This document shows positions 55,864 through 64,000 of a DNA stretch of 64,000 nt, piece by piece. The notes beneath the pieces were generated by a model. That model saw only the letters and a list, made by a program, of their open reading frames with translations, searched no databases and was not told the DNA's origin. This DNA is from Aeriscardovia sp. (GTDB taxonomy: Bacteria; Actinomycetota; Actinomycetes; Actinomycetales; Bifidobacteriaceae): the NCBI GenBank assembly GCA_017965665.1, contig JAGCPN010000002.1, positions 3,479 through 67,478 of the forward strand, given 5' to 3'. The translations under genes and the position numbers were made by a program. The stretch's first letter is position 1. Each line of letters begins with the position of its first letter.

Positions 55864-57543
55864 TCAGCCTCGAGTGAGCTTTCGGTGGATCATGTGGGGG
55901 CGGCTCGCCTCTTCTCCCAGCCTTTTCACCCTGTCTTCCTGGTAGGCCTGGAAGTTCCCTTCAAACCAGTGCCAGCGGGCAGGATCTTCCTCCGTCCCCT
56001 CCCAGGCGAGGATGTGGGTGGCGAGGCGGTCCAAAAACCAGCGGTCATGGGAGATGACCACGGCGCAGCCGGGAAACTCTTCCAGCGCCCCTTCCAGGCT
56101 CTCCAGCGTCTCGACGTCCAGGTCGTTTGTAGGCTCGTCCAAAAGGAGGAGGTTTCCCGCCTTCTTCAGCGTGAGGGCGAGGTTCAAACGGTTCTTTTCC
56201 CCGCCCGAGAGCATTCCGGCGAGCTTTTGCTGGTCGGATCCCTTAAATCCGAAACTGGCCGTGTAGGCCCTGGAGGGGATCTGCTGTCCGCCGGCCTCTA
56301 TGAACTGCTCTCCGTCGGACACGACTTCCCAGAGGGTTTTTTTGGGATCTATCTTCTCCCTGTTCTGGTCCACGTAGCTTATCTGCACCGTAGATCCCAG
56401 CTTTATCTCCCCTTCGGTGGGCTTTTCAAGTCCTGCAATCATCTTGAAAAGCGTGGTCTTTCCCACTCCGTTGGGCCCTATAACGCCCACGATGCCGTTT
56501 CTGGGGAGAGTGAAGCTCAGGTTTTCCATGAGGGTCCTGTCTCCGAACTTCTTTGTGAGGTTCTTGACTTCCAAAACGTCGGATCCCAGGCGGGGGGGAT
56601 TGGGGATGTGGATGTCGGTAAAGTCGGACTTCTTCGAAGCGGCTTCTTCTGCCACCATCTGGTCGTACCTCTCCAGCCTGGCCCTGTTTTTGGCCTGCCT
56701 GGCCTTGGGGGAGGAGTGCACCCACTCGAGCTCGCTTTTGATCCTCTTGGCGAGTTTCGCGTCCTTCTGCCCCTGTATCTCCATCCTTTTCTGCTTGGCC
56801 TCGAGGTACGTGCTGTAGTTGCCTTCGTATCCGTAGAGGCTGCCCCTGTCCACTTCGCATATCCACTGGGCCATGGAATCCAAAAAGGCCCTGTCGTGGG
56901 TGATGGCGATGACGGCCCCTTTGTAGTCCTTTAGGAATTTTTCGAGCCAGAGGATGGACTCGGCGTCCAGGTGGTTTGTAGGCTCGTCCAAAAGGAGGAG
57001 GTCGGGGGCCTGAAGAAGGAGGCGGCAGAGGGCTACCCTTCTCCTCTCCCCTCCGGAAAGGACGCTGATTTTGGCATCCTCGTCAGGGCACTGCAGGGCG
57101 TTCATGGCCTGCTGCAGGGCGCTGTCAACCTCCCAGCCGTCGGCTGCATCTATTTCCTCCTGCAGCTTCCCCATCTCGGCCAAAAGGGAATCGTAGTCGG
57201 CCTCGGGATCGGCAAGCTGCTCGCTTATCTTGTTGTAGCGGTCGAGCTTTTCTTTGATTGGGCCTATACCCTCTTCCACCACTTCCCTCACGGTCTTGTT
57301 CGGATCCAGTTCGGGATCCTGGTCGAGCAGGCCTACCGTGGCGCCGGAGGCCACCTGAACCGAGCCGTTGGAGGGCTCTTCTTTGCCGGCCATGATTTTA
57401 AGCAGGGTGGATTTTCCCATGCCGTTGGGGCCCACAACTCCGATTTTGGCCCCTTTGAGGAAGTTGACCGAGACGTCTCCTAAGATGACTTTGTCACCGA
57501 AGGCCTTGCGCACATGGTCCATTTGGAATATGAAATCTGACAC
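55864..57543 (-). CDS. ettA: Energy-dependent translational throttle protein EttA (ABC-F)
   Basis: 559 aa with an N-terminal FIFQMDHVRKAF..., two ABC cassettes (GPNGMGKST, GPNGVGKTT) and a short arm/linker typical of EttA. Confidence 0.92.
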   Translation of the reverse strand: MSDFIFQMDHVRKAFGDKVILGDVSVNFLKGAKIGVVGPNGMGKSTLLKIMAGKEEPSNGSVQVASGATVGLLDQDPELDPNKTVREVVEEGIGPIKEKLDRYNKISEQLADPEADYDSLLAEMGKLQEEIDAADGWEVDSALQQAMNALQCPDEDAKISVLSGGERRRVALCRLLLQAPDLLLLDEPTNHLDAESILWLEKFLKDYKGAVIAITHDRAFLDSMAQWICEVDRGSLYGYEGNYSTYLEAKQKRMEIQGQKDAKLAKRIKSELEWVHSSPKARQAKNRARLERYDQMVAEEAASKKSDFTDIHIPNPPRLGSDVLEVKNLTKKFGDRTLMENLSFTLPRNGIVGVIGPNGVGKTTLFKMIAGLEKPTEGEIKLGSTVQISYVDQNREKIDPKKTLWEVVSDGEQFIEAGGQQIPSRAYTASFGFKGSDQQKLAGMLSGGEKNRLNLALTLKKAGNLLLLDEPTNDLDVETLESLEGALEEFPGCAVVISHDRWFLDRLATHILAWEGTEEDPARWHWFEGNFQAYQEDRVKRLGEEASRPHMIHRKLTRG

Positions 57544-57640
57544 TGTAAAGCTTTCTTTAGAAACTCTTTTTTATGCAAGTCTTATGGAATTTTACCAACA
57601 GCCCCTAAGTTACTCCTTTGGCTTGCAAAAAGGGCGCCTG

Positions 57641-57667
57641 AAAAAAGGGAAGCCCCCGGACGGGGGC
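57641..57667 (-). terminator. Intrinsic terminator downstream of the 57697-58161 ORF
   Basis: On the minus strand, GCCCCC-GTCC-GGGGGC is followed by TTCCCTTTTTTC. Confidence 0.6.
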
Positions 57668-57696
57668 ACGAGATCTGCCCCTTGCCGGCGCAAGGT

Positions 57697-58161
57697 TCAG
57701 TCGCTGTAAGAATCCAAAAGGAGATGCCCGAAGCGCTCTTCTACAAAGGAGGCGAGCCTGCCCTCCTTGGCGAGCTCGGCGGAATCTGCGATCGCAAAGT
57801 TTTGGCGGTATCTGTCGGGGATTATCCCGTTATCGCTAAAGCCGAAGATGAAGTTGGTAGCTATCCTGTAAATGATTTCGGAAGGTGCAGTCCCGAAGAC
57901 CTGGCGGGAGAAGATGTAGCCAAGCCTTTCTTCGTCATTCGGGAAGAGCTGCTTCATTTCAGGATTTTGGTAGAGCCTCTTTACAATTTCGATTACGGAG
58001 GAGTTGAGGTAGAGGTTGTCGAAAGTGTGTTCCGAGCCTGTAAAACATCCTGGAACTTTTAAATCTATGCCCCTTTTTAAAAATCCATAAATTGGAAAGC
58101 ATGCTATTGAGCACACCCTCCTAAATAAAGAACGCGGGGCAAATACGAAAATCCCCCGCAC
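57697..58161 (-). CDS. Hypothetical protein, possibly a gene remnant
   Basis: 154-aa ORF. The C-terminal two-thirds look protein-like (…VIEIVKRLYQNPEMKQLFPNDEERLGYIFSRQVF…). The annotated start, however, lies inside the tRNA-Met terminator hairpin. No credible in-frame start with an RBS follows until M69. Confidence 0.35.
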   Translation of the reverse strand: MRGIFVFAPRSLFRRVCSIACFPIYGFLKRGIDLKVPGCFTGSEHTFDNLYLNSSVIEIVKRLYQNPEMKQLFPNDEERLGYIFSRQVFGTAPSEIIYRIATNFIFGFSDNGIIPDRYRQNFAIADSAELAKEGRLASFVEERFGHLLLDSYSD

Positions 58162-58171
58162 AAAGCGGGGG
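58141..58171 (-). terminator. Hairpin after tRNA-Met
   Basis: CCCCCGC (58153-58159) pairs with GCGGGGG (58165-58171) across a 5-nt loop. On the minus strand it is followed by ATTTTCGTATTT, a weak T-run. Confidence 0.45.
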
Positions 58172-58177
58172 AGTAAG

Positions 58178-58251
58178 TGGGGATGCAGGGACTTGAACCC
58201 CGGACCAACGAATTATGGGTTCGCCGCTCTAACCGACTGAGCTACATCCCC
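58178..58251 (-). tRNA. tRNA with CAT anticodon (Met, or Ile2 if lysidine-modified)
   Basis: The reverse complement is GGGGATGTAGCTCAGTCGGTTAGAGCGGCGAACCCATAATTCGTTGGTCCGGGGTTCAAGTCCCTGCATCCCCA. It folds with acceptor GGGGATG/CATCCCC, D stem GCTC/GAGC, anticodon stem GCGAA/TTCGT, loop CCCATAA and T arm CGGGG-TTCAAGT-CCCTG. Confidence 0.8.
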
Positions 58252-58294
58252 TCCTTGAGAAAAATATACACAGACGTGTATACATTCTCAAGTT

Positions 58295-60313
58295 TTACCA
58301 AATTCTCACTCTGTCGTCAGGATCGAGCCACATGCCGTCGCCGGGCTTTACATCATAAGTGGCGTCGAAAGCGTCCACATTCTTGAGGATCTGGTTGGTC
58401 CTGAACTCTGCAGGAGAGTGGGGATCTATGGCCAGGAGCTGCTCTGCGAAGGCGTCCCTGATCTTCATCCTCCAAATCAAGGCGTAGTTGGAGAAGAACA
58501 GCTTGGCTTCGGCCTCGCCCATTTCCTTGATGGAAGCTTTGAGGTCGTCCAAGGTGTCGACCTTGAGGCCGTGATGGATGGCCAGGGCCTTGAGGGAGAT
58601 GTCGACACCCGAGAGGTCTCCGATGTTTTCGCCTATCGTCATAGCGCCGTTGACATGCGGGGCCTGGTCGGCCTTGCCTTCCTTGGCGTACTCCTCTTCA
58701 AGCTGCAGGGGGACGAGTTTGTTGTACTGATCTATCAGCTTTTGGGTAAGGGCCTTGAAGTTCTTCCTGTCGTCATCGGTCCACCAGTTCTCGAGGCGCC
58801 CGTGTCCGTCGTAGCAGCTGCCCTGGTCGTCGAAACCATGCCCGATCTCGTGGCCTATGACGCAGCCTATGCCTCCGAAGTTTGCGCTCTTGGGGCGGTC
58901 AGGGCTGAAGAAGGGATCTTGGAGGATGGCCGCCGGGAATACTATTTCGTTCAAAGTGGGCTCGTAATAGGCGTTCACGGTCTGCGGGTTCATCTCCCAC
59001 TCGCCCTTGTCTACCTTCTTTCCGGCTTTAGCGAACTCTTTGGCCGTCATGAAGAGGTAGGAAGAGCGCATGTTGTCCATGAGGTCTTTGGAATCGTCCA
59101 CTTCCAGGGCGGAATAGTCCTTCCACTCCTCGGGGTAGCCGATCATGGGGGTGAAGAGGGCGAGCTTGTCCAGGGCACGCCCTTTGGTCTCATCTCCCAG
59201 CCACGGGCAGTTGGCAATCGAGACCTTGTAAGCTGCCAGGAGGTTTCCCACGAGCTCTTTTACCTGCTCCTTGGAAGAGGCAGGGAAATGAAGCTTGACA
59301 TATATCTTGCCCACTTCTTCGCCGCTTATGGAGTTTACAAGCGACACGGCTCTCTTCCACCTGTCTTTCTGGGCGGGCTGGCCTTTAAGGACCTTGCCGT
59401 AGAAATCGAAGGAGGTGTCGTCAAAAGCTTTGGTGAGGAAGGATGCGGAATTGGTGAGGAGCCTGGCCAGGGCCCAGTCTTTCCACGCCTCCACTCCCTC
59501 TTCCTTCCAAAGCCCGTTGAGCCCGTCGAGGAAGGAGGGCTCGTGGACTATAACTTTCTCTATGGCGCTTTGGAAGTTCACAGGCACGCTCTCGGAGATT
59601 GCATGCGTCTCGTAAGACGCCTGCACCAAAGCAATCCAGTCGGGGACGTTGAAATTGGAGAGCTTGTCTGCAAATTCATCCCTCGTCATGGGGTTGTAGG
59701 TCTTGATGTCGTCTCTGACCTGGACAGAATCCCAGTGGAAGTGGGCGATCTTGGTCTCAAGGTCGACCACGGTTTTAGCCATTGCGTCGGGATCTTTTTC
59801 CCCTATCAGGCCGAAGAGGGCGGAAAGCATCTTCTGGTAGGCTTCCACTATCTTGGCGTAGCGGGGCTCTCTGTAATAGGACTCGTCGGGAAGGCCGATT
59901 CCCCCCTGCATGATGTGGACGGCGTTGATATCGGGATCTTTGGGATCTGCAAAGACCATGATATCGAAGGGGAGATCCAGAAGGGAATCTAGGGGGGCCA
60001 TGACTTTGAGAAGGTCCTCCATGGACTTTGCGTCTTTGATTTCCTTTATGGATTCGGCTATGGGCTCTATCCCCTTCGCCTCGATGGCGTCCTGATCCAT
60101 GAACTTTCTGTAGAGGACCGAGGACTTGAGGTCCTTATTTGCAGAATCCTCGAGGATGGAGTGGATGTCTTCGTCGCTCTGTTCGGCGAGCTTGTCAAAA
60201 GTGCCGAAGCGGGATTTGTCGGGCGGGAGGGTGTAGGTGTCCAGCCACTCATGGTTTATGAAACGGTAAAAGTCGTCTTGGGCTCTGTAAGTTTTATCAG
60301 ATTTGACTTGCAT
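58295..60313 (-). CDS. pepO: M13 family metalloendopeptidase (PepO-like)
   Basis: 672 aa with VIGHEIGHGFD (HExxH) and ENIGDLSG (ExxxD). The N-terminal FYRFINHEWL is typical of neprilysin-like bacterial PepO. Confidence 0.9.
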   Translation of the reverse strand: MQVKSDKTYRAQDDFYRFINHEWLDTYTLPPDKSRFGTFDKLAEQSDEDIHSILEDSANKDLKSSVLYRKFMDQDAIEAKGIEPIAESIKEIKDAKSMEDLLKVMAPLDSLLDLPFDIMVFADPKDPDINAVHIMQGGIGLPDESYYREPRYAKIVEAYQKMLSALFGLIGEKDPDAMAKTVVDLETKIAHFHWDSVQVRDDIKTYNPMTRDEFADKLSNFNVPDWIALVQASYETHAISESVPVNFQSAIEKVIVHEPSFLDGLNGLWKEEGVEAWKDWALARLLTNSASFLTKAFDDTSFDFYGKVLKGQPAQKDRWKRAVSLVNSISGEEVGKIYVKLHFPASSKEQVKELVGNLLAAYKVSIANCPWLGDETKGRALDKLALFTPMIGYPEEWKDYSALEVDDSKDLMDNMRSSYLFMTAKEFAKAGKKVDKGEWEMNPQTVNAYYEPTLNEIVFPAAILQDPFFSPDRPKSANFGGIGCVIGHEIGHGFDDQGSCYDGHGRLENWWTDDDRKNFKALTQKLIDQYNKLVPLQLEEEYAKEGKADQAPHVNGAMTIGENIGDLSGVDISLKALAIHHGLKVDTLDDLKASIKEMGEAEAKLFFSNYALIWRMKIRDAFAEQLLAIDPHSPAEFRTNQILKNVDAFDATYDVKPGDGMWLDPDDRVRIW

Positions 60314-60454
60314 ACCATAAATTTTAATTTAACGGCGCGCAGGCTGCGGAAATAACCTGTCCTGTAGAGAAAATTCTCCCTCGGCGAAACCAGTGCAGCG
60401 CCGCAGGATCCAGTCGGAAAACCTCTTGCCGGGTACGGGGATTTTCAAAAGTCG

Positions 60455-60463
60455 TGCTATAAT
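60455..60463 (+). promoter_or_regulatory. Putative extended -10 promoter element for tRNA-Gly
   Basis: TGcTATAAT ends 10 nt before the first base of the mature tRNA. No good -35 was identified. Confidence 0.4.
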
Positions 60464-60472
60464 TTAAGCGTT

Positions 60473-60546
60473 GCGGATGTAGCTCAATGGTAGAGTCTCA
60501 GTCTTCCAAACTGATGACGCGGGTTCAATTCCCGTCATCCGCTCCA
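60473..60546 (+). tRNA. tRNA-Gly (anticodon TCC), CCA encoded
   Basis: GCGGATGTAGCTCAATGGTAGAGTCTCAGTCTTCCAAACTGATGACGCGGGTTCAATTCCCGTCATCCGCTCCA. The anticodon stem is TCAGT/ACTGA with loop CTTCCAA. Confidence 0.9.
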
Positions 60547-60568
60547 AATTGCAAGTGTCTAACTCCAA

Positions 60569-61987
60569 TCAGTGCTTAGTTTCTTCCAGCCGGCTTGTTC
60601 CGGCTTTCCTTTTTTTAGTGAGAAAGTAGAAGATCACAGCTATCGCCACCATAGCCAAAGTGAGCCAGAATCCCAATCCGAAAGAGACCTTTCCTCCCGC
60701 ATATGCAGCTCCCAAGCCTTTTCTGCCTGCCACAGTCAGGGAGAAGGATGAGAGCATTACGGCGCTTCCGACTGAAGCGGAATAGTTGTTTAATACGCTA
60801 AACATTGCATTGATATCGGGAGTTTTGGACTCCGGAAGCATGCTGCAGGCTCCGGTTATGGTGTTTGTGAAGAGGAAGGCGAAGCCCGTCCTCTGGAAAA
60901 TATAGAAAAAGCAGGTTATGCCGGCGTTAAGGACCGGCTGGAGGAAGTAGACCAACGCAGTCCCTACGCACATCATCACAGATCCTGTCAGCAGAGGGGC
61001 GCCGTATCCCTTTTTGTCGGCCCATTTTCCGCTCACGATGGCCCCGACCGATCCCAGCAGGCTCCCCGGAGCCAAAATCAGGCCCGATATAAAGGGTGAA
61101 CTGTTCAGGGCATACTGCGCGTAAGTGGGAATGAGGGCCTGCATCCCGATATTGACAGCCTCGGAAAGGAAATAGATTATAGCCCCGCAGGCTATGGCCG
61201 GAATAATAAGCAGATCGAGCTGGAAGAGGCGCCTTCTGGCATTGCGGTTAGTCAGGACGAATATGGCCATAATGAGCACTCCTCCCGCGAGCAGGAGCCA
61301 GAATCTCCAGTCAAATCCGGTGGAACCTGCAGACGAAATTGCAAAGTCCAAAACTGCGAGCCCGGCCGCCATAAGGGCCAAAGAGAGAAAGCTGAACTTG
61401 GTGTCGGTACCCTGCGGCTTATTTCTGACGAAGGGGACGGTGAGGATGAGGGAAATTACTACGAAGGGAACCAGGCTCCAAAACACCCAGCGCCAGCTCG
61501 TGAAGTTTTCAAGCCATCCGGCCCACATGGGCCCCAATGCGACTGCCACTCCGATGAGACCTCCCAATATTCCGGAGGCAGTAGCCCTCTTCCGGGGGGA
61601 AATCTGGGTGAGGATCAGAAAGAGGGTGGTGGGGTACTCAAGTCCTACCGCCATACCCTGCACAATCCTGCCGATTATCAGGGGAGCGAAAGAAGGGGCG
61701 AGGGCGCACAGGAGTGTGCCCCCTAAGTATAAGGAGCATCCGGTTATCTCCACCTTCTTGGCATGCACTTTTTTGAGGATGTAGGCTGTAGAGGCCGCCA
61801 CGACCGCCTGGCTGAGCATATAGCCCGTAGTTATCCACTCCGTGGCATTCACGCTCACGTTGAAATCCACGGCAATCTTCGGATACATGACGTTCACGCA
61901 CTTGTTTGCAAATGTAGAAGTGACAGCCAAAATAGTGCAGGCTATTATTCCCAGGTAAACCATCCATCTGTCTCTAGAGGCCCGCAT
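60569..61987 (-). CDS. MFS transporter (14-TMS DHA2/EmrB-like)
   Basis: 472 aa with about 14 hydrophobic segments and MFS motif A-like GRIVQGMAVG. Confidence 0.85.
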   Translation of the reverse strand: MRASRDRWMVYLGIIACTILAVTSTFANKCVNVMYPKIAVDFNVSVNATEWITTGYMLSQAVVAASTAYILKKVHAKKVEITGCSLYLGGTLLCALAPSFAPLIIGRIVQGMAVGLEYPTTLFLILTQISPRKRATASGILGGLIGVAVALGPMWAGWLENFTSWRWVFWSLVPFVVISLILTVPFVRNKPQGTDTKFSFLSLALMAAGLAVLDFAISSAGSTGFDWRFWLLLAGGVLIMAIFVLTNRNARRRLFQLDLLIIPAIACGAIIYFLSEAVNIGMQALIPTYAQYALNSSPFISGLILAPGSLLGSVGAIVSGKWADKKGYGAPLLTGSVMMCVGTALVYFLQPVLNAGITCFFYIFQRTGFAFLFTNTITGACSMLPESKTPDINAMFSVLNNYSASVGSAVMLSSFSLTVAGRKGLGAAYAGGKVSFGLGFWLTLAMVAIAVIFYFLTKKRKAGTSRLEETKH

Positions 61988-62060
61988 AACTCCCCTCCCA
62001 ACAATCGCCTTTTACGGGTTGCGTCGGTTGCAACAGCCTGGTAGAATAATCCTTGGCTTT

Positions 62061-62132
62061 GCCCCCGTCGTCTAATGGTCAGGACATCAGACTTTCACTC
62101 TGACAACAAGAGTTCGATTCTCTTCGGGGGTA
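62061..62132 (+). tRNA. tRNA-Glu (anticodon TTC)
   Basis: GCCCCCGTCGTCTAATGGTCAGGACATCAGACTTTCACTCTGACAACAAGAGTTCGATTCTCTTCGGGGGTA. The anticodon stem is TCAGA/TCTGA with loop CTTTCAC. It is followed by CTTTTTT. Confidence 0.88.
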
Positions 62133-62288
62133 CTTTTTTATGCCCTATAATTTTCAGCGGATTTTTTGCAATCAAATTGCCATTATATTTTGAGCTGGGC
62201 GACAAAATAGTCAAGTAGCAATGCTCTCGGAGTTTTAAAATATGCATAGTATTTTTAGGCAGGATATCTAGAGAGAAGAGTCATTCGC

Positions 62289-63770
62289 ATGAACGCCGCG
62301 AAGAAACCAAAACAACTGGGGTTTTGGTCCATTTACCTTTTGGGAATCAACGGGGTCATAGGCTCCGGGGCATTCCTTTTGCCTCAGACCATCTACCAGT
62401 ACATGGACCTTATGAGCATAGTGGTCCTGATAGCCGCCGCCATAACCGTGAGCCTCATAGCGCTGTGCTATGCCGATTTGGCCTCCAGGTTCTCCGGAGC
62501 CGGCGCGGCATGGCTTTACTCATACCATGCCTTCGGCCCCTTTGTGGGCTATGAACTCGGAATTTTCGTCTGGTTCCTTGGCTGCTGCACGGTGGCAGCG
62601 GAAACCGTAGCCCTCTTTACCACGCTCCAGGCTTTCATTCCGGCCTTTAACAACACCCAGATCCGCGTCTGGTCCTGCATTGGGCTGGTCGTGGTCTTCG
62701 GAATAATAAACATATTCGGAAGAACGCTTGTAAAGTGGGTGGACAACATCTCTTCCGGCGCGAAAATTGCCGTAATAATCCTGTTTATAGTTGTGGCCGC
62801 CTTCTTCATGCACGGCGCCAACTTCCACCCCGTGATGCCTGTGGCCGCAGGAAAGAGCATAGGCGCCTTCTCCTCTCACTTCGGCAACGCCTTCAGCGTC
62901 GTCTTCTATATGTTCACCGGATTCTCTTTCATCCCCATAGCGGCCAGCCAGATGGTCGATCCTGAAAAGAACATACCGAGGGTCCTGATAGGCGTGATGA
63001 TCACCGTGACCATCCTCTACGGACTTATGATGCTCTTTGCCATTGGGGTTTTGGGAGCCAGCATGGTCAACTACTCCCTCCCCATAGCCGTGGCCTTCAG
63101 AAAGGCCGTCGGAACCTGGGGGTACGTAGTCGTGATAATCGGCATGCTCATGTCGATTTTCGGAGTGGGCTTTGCCACAAGCTTCAACACTCCCGCCCTC
63201 ATGGCCTCCCTCTCCAACGAGCACGCGATGCTCCCCAAGTTCTTTGGAAAGATGAATCGCTTCGAGGCCCCGTGGGTGTCGGTAATCATCACCACGATCG
63301 TGAGCTGCTTCCTTGTCACGCAGTCCTACCTGTTCCTGGTAGGGATGATAGTGTTCGCCTCTTTTGTGCAGTACGTGCCCAGCATCCTGGCCGTCATGAA
63401 GTTCAAGCACGACAAGAAATTCCCCAACCACGGGTTCAAGCTCGGGGGCGGCTACACTATACCGATAATCGCCCTCCTCATAGCTTTCTACATGGTCTTC
63501 CAGTTCACGCTTAAGACCATAATCCTGGGCGCCTGCGTGGCCGGAGCCGCCGCCATCCTCTTTGTCTTCCTCGACGACAGGAAGATGATCAAAGGCTTTT
63601 CACTTGAAGAAATAAAGCGGAACATAGAAATCAAGAGGGAAGCCGAACTCGGCAGGAAAGAAAAGAGGATAGAGAAAAAAGAGGCTGCGCTGCAGGCCAA
63701 GCTCGCTTCAGCCTCCGCGGGCAAGGACGGAAAATCCGGATCGTCCCCGCAGGCGCCTGATGTAAAGTAA
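62289..63770 (+). CDS. APC superfamily amino acid permease with charged C-terminal tail
   Basis: 493 aa with about 12 TM segments and an N-terminal SIYLLGINGVIGSGAFLLP motif. The last 70 or so residues are Lys/Glu-rich and coiled-coil-like. Confidence 0.85.
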   Translation: MNAAKKPKQLGFWSIYLLGINGVIGSGAFLLPQTIYQYMDLMSIVVLIAAAITVSLIALCYADLASRFSGAGAAWLYSYHAFGPFVGYELGIFVWFLGCCTVAAETVALFTTLQAFIPAFNNTQIRVWSCIGLVVVFGIINIFGRTLVKWVDNISSGAKIAVIILFIVVAAFFMHGANFHPVMPVAAGKSIGAFSSHFGNAFSVVFYMFTGFSFIPIAASQMVDPEKNIPRVLIGVMITVTILYGLMMLFAIGVLGASMVNYSLPIAVAFRKAVGTWGYVVVIIGMLMSIFGVGFATSFNTPALMASLSNEHAMLPKFFGKMNRFEAPWVSVIITTIVSCFLVTQSYLFLVGMIVFASFVQYVPSILAVMKFKHDKKFPNHGFKLGGGYTIPIIALLIAFYMVFQFTLKTIILGACVAGAAAILFVFLDDRKMIKGFSLEEIKRNIEIKREAELGRKEKRIEKKEAALQAKLASASAGKDGKSGSSPQAPDVK

Positions 63771-63877
63771 AATTTTACTCAAGGTGAAATTGCAATAGTC
63801 TCCAATTTTAAGAGGTTAATGTAAAGGGAGTTAGAGAAAAATATCTCTGACGCTTGGGACAAACAAGGAAGTGTCCA

Positions 63878-64000
63878 ATGAAAGAACTAACGGCAGATGA
63901 CATCAAGTCCTACGAGGACAAATACTGCTCCTGCAAGTTCAACAAGGTAGCCCAGAGGGCCGTGACCACCAACGGCATTTACAAGTCAGCCGAGGATATG
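63878..64000 (+). CDS. pepC: Aminopeptidase C (bleomycin hydrolase family), 5' fragment running off the window
   Basis: Manual translation from the ATG at 63878 (AAGGAAG upstream) gives MKELTADDIKSYEDKYCSCKFNKVAQRAVTTNGIYKSAEDM, which matches the conserved PepC N-terminus (…N.VA.RAVT.NG…). Confidence 0.7.
   Translation, partial: MKELTADDIKSYEDKYCSCKFNKVAQRAVTTNGIYKSAEDM

Noticed and set aside
58418-59992. Very long antisense ORFs opposite real genes. Examples: 524 aa opposite pepO, 404 aa at 11430..12644 opposite uvrA, 371 aa at 2161..3276 opposite tkt, 385 aa at 55777..56934 opposite ettA, 393 aa at 44061..45242 opposite pncB, and 384 aa at 18796..19950 opposite the ABC importer genes.
   Set aside because: The four I checked (opposite pepO, uvrA, tkt and the 1321..2061 ORF) lie in the codon-aligned antisense frame, which stays open because the sense codons TTA, CTA and TCA are rare. 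For example, the antisense ORF 1321..2061 ends exactly on a TTA codon of tkt at 1321. The translations are Gly/Arg/Pro/His/Val-rich and low in complexity, have no RBS, and the sense strands encode unmistakable conserved proteins.
62133-62288. AT-rich 155-nt leader upstream of the APC amino acid permease, considered as a possible riboswitch or T-box.
   Set aside because: I could find no conserved riboswitch core (lysine, glycine, SAM or T-box specifier/T-box sequence). It is most simply a promoter/UTR region following the tRNA-Glu T-run.
1-64000. CRISPR arrays, rRNA genes, IS elements or transposases, prophage genes and toxin-antitoxin pairs.
   Set aside because: I saw no spaced direct repeats, no rRNA-like sequence, and no DDE or serine/tyrosine recombinase-like ORF in any frame of the track or in the intergenic regions.

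Overview
This 64-kb window is a densely packed chromosomal segment of a moderately GC-rich actinobacterium. The gene order looks Bifidobacteriaceae-like by recall, not by any search: hrcA | tkt-tal; secG-tpiA-pgk-whiA-uvrC-uvrA; rpsF-ssb-rpsR-rplI; gltX-tRNAs; murA; plsC-gpsA-ddl; rpmB-recG-rsmD; trmD-rimM-rpsP-ffh-cysS-rnc-rpmF; rph-galE; tilS-hpt-ftsH; ettA; pepO; pepC. I can support about 62 protein-coding genes, including 2 partial genes at the window edges and 1 frameshifted pseudogene, plus 5 tRNAs, one CIRCE operator and several intrinsic terminators. I saw no rRNA, CRISPR array, integrase or transposase. Many neighbouring genes overlap by 1-7 nt. The only clearly accessory DNA is an AT-rich islet of about 4.6 kb (about 22.48-27.05 kb), inserted just after the gltX-tRNA-Glu-tRNA-Gln terminator. 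It carries a solitary gamma-class N6-adenine methyltransferase. It also carries a CcrM/M.HinfI-like beta-class methyltransferase whose translationally coupled PD-(D/E)XK restriction endonuclease is split by a frameshift at an A8 tract. I found no convincing, wholly novel multi-gene system. The best follow-up targets are this islet (functionally orphan or possibly phase-variable methyltransferases) and several clean lineage-specific losses relative to the conserved actinobacterial gene order: rapZ-yvcK plus the UvrC HhH tail, folE-folP-folB-folK, and the KH protein next to rpsP. The long antisense ORFs in the track are treated as codon-bias artefacts.
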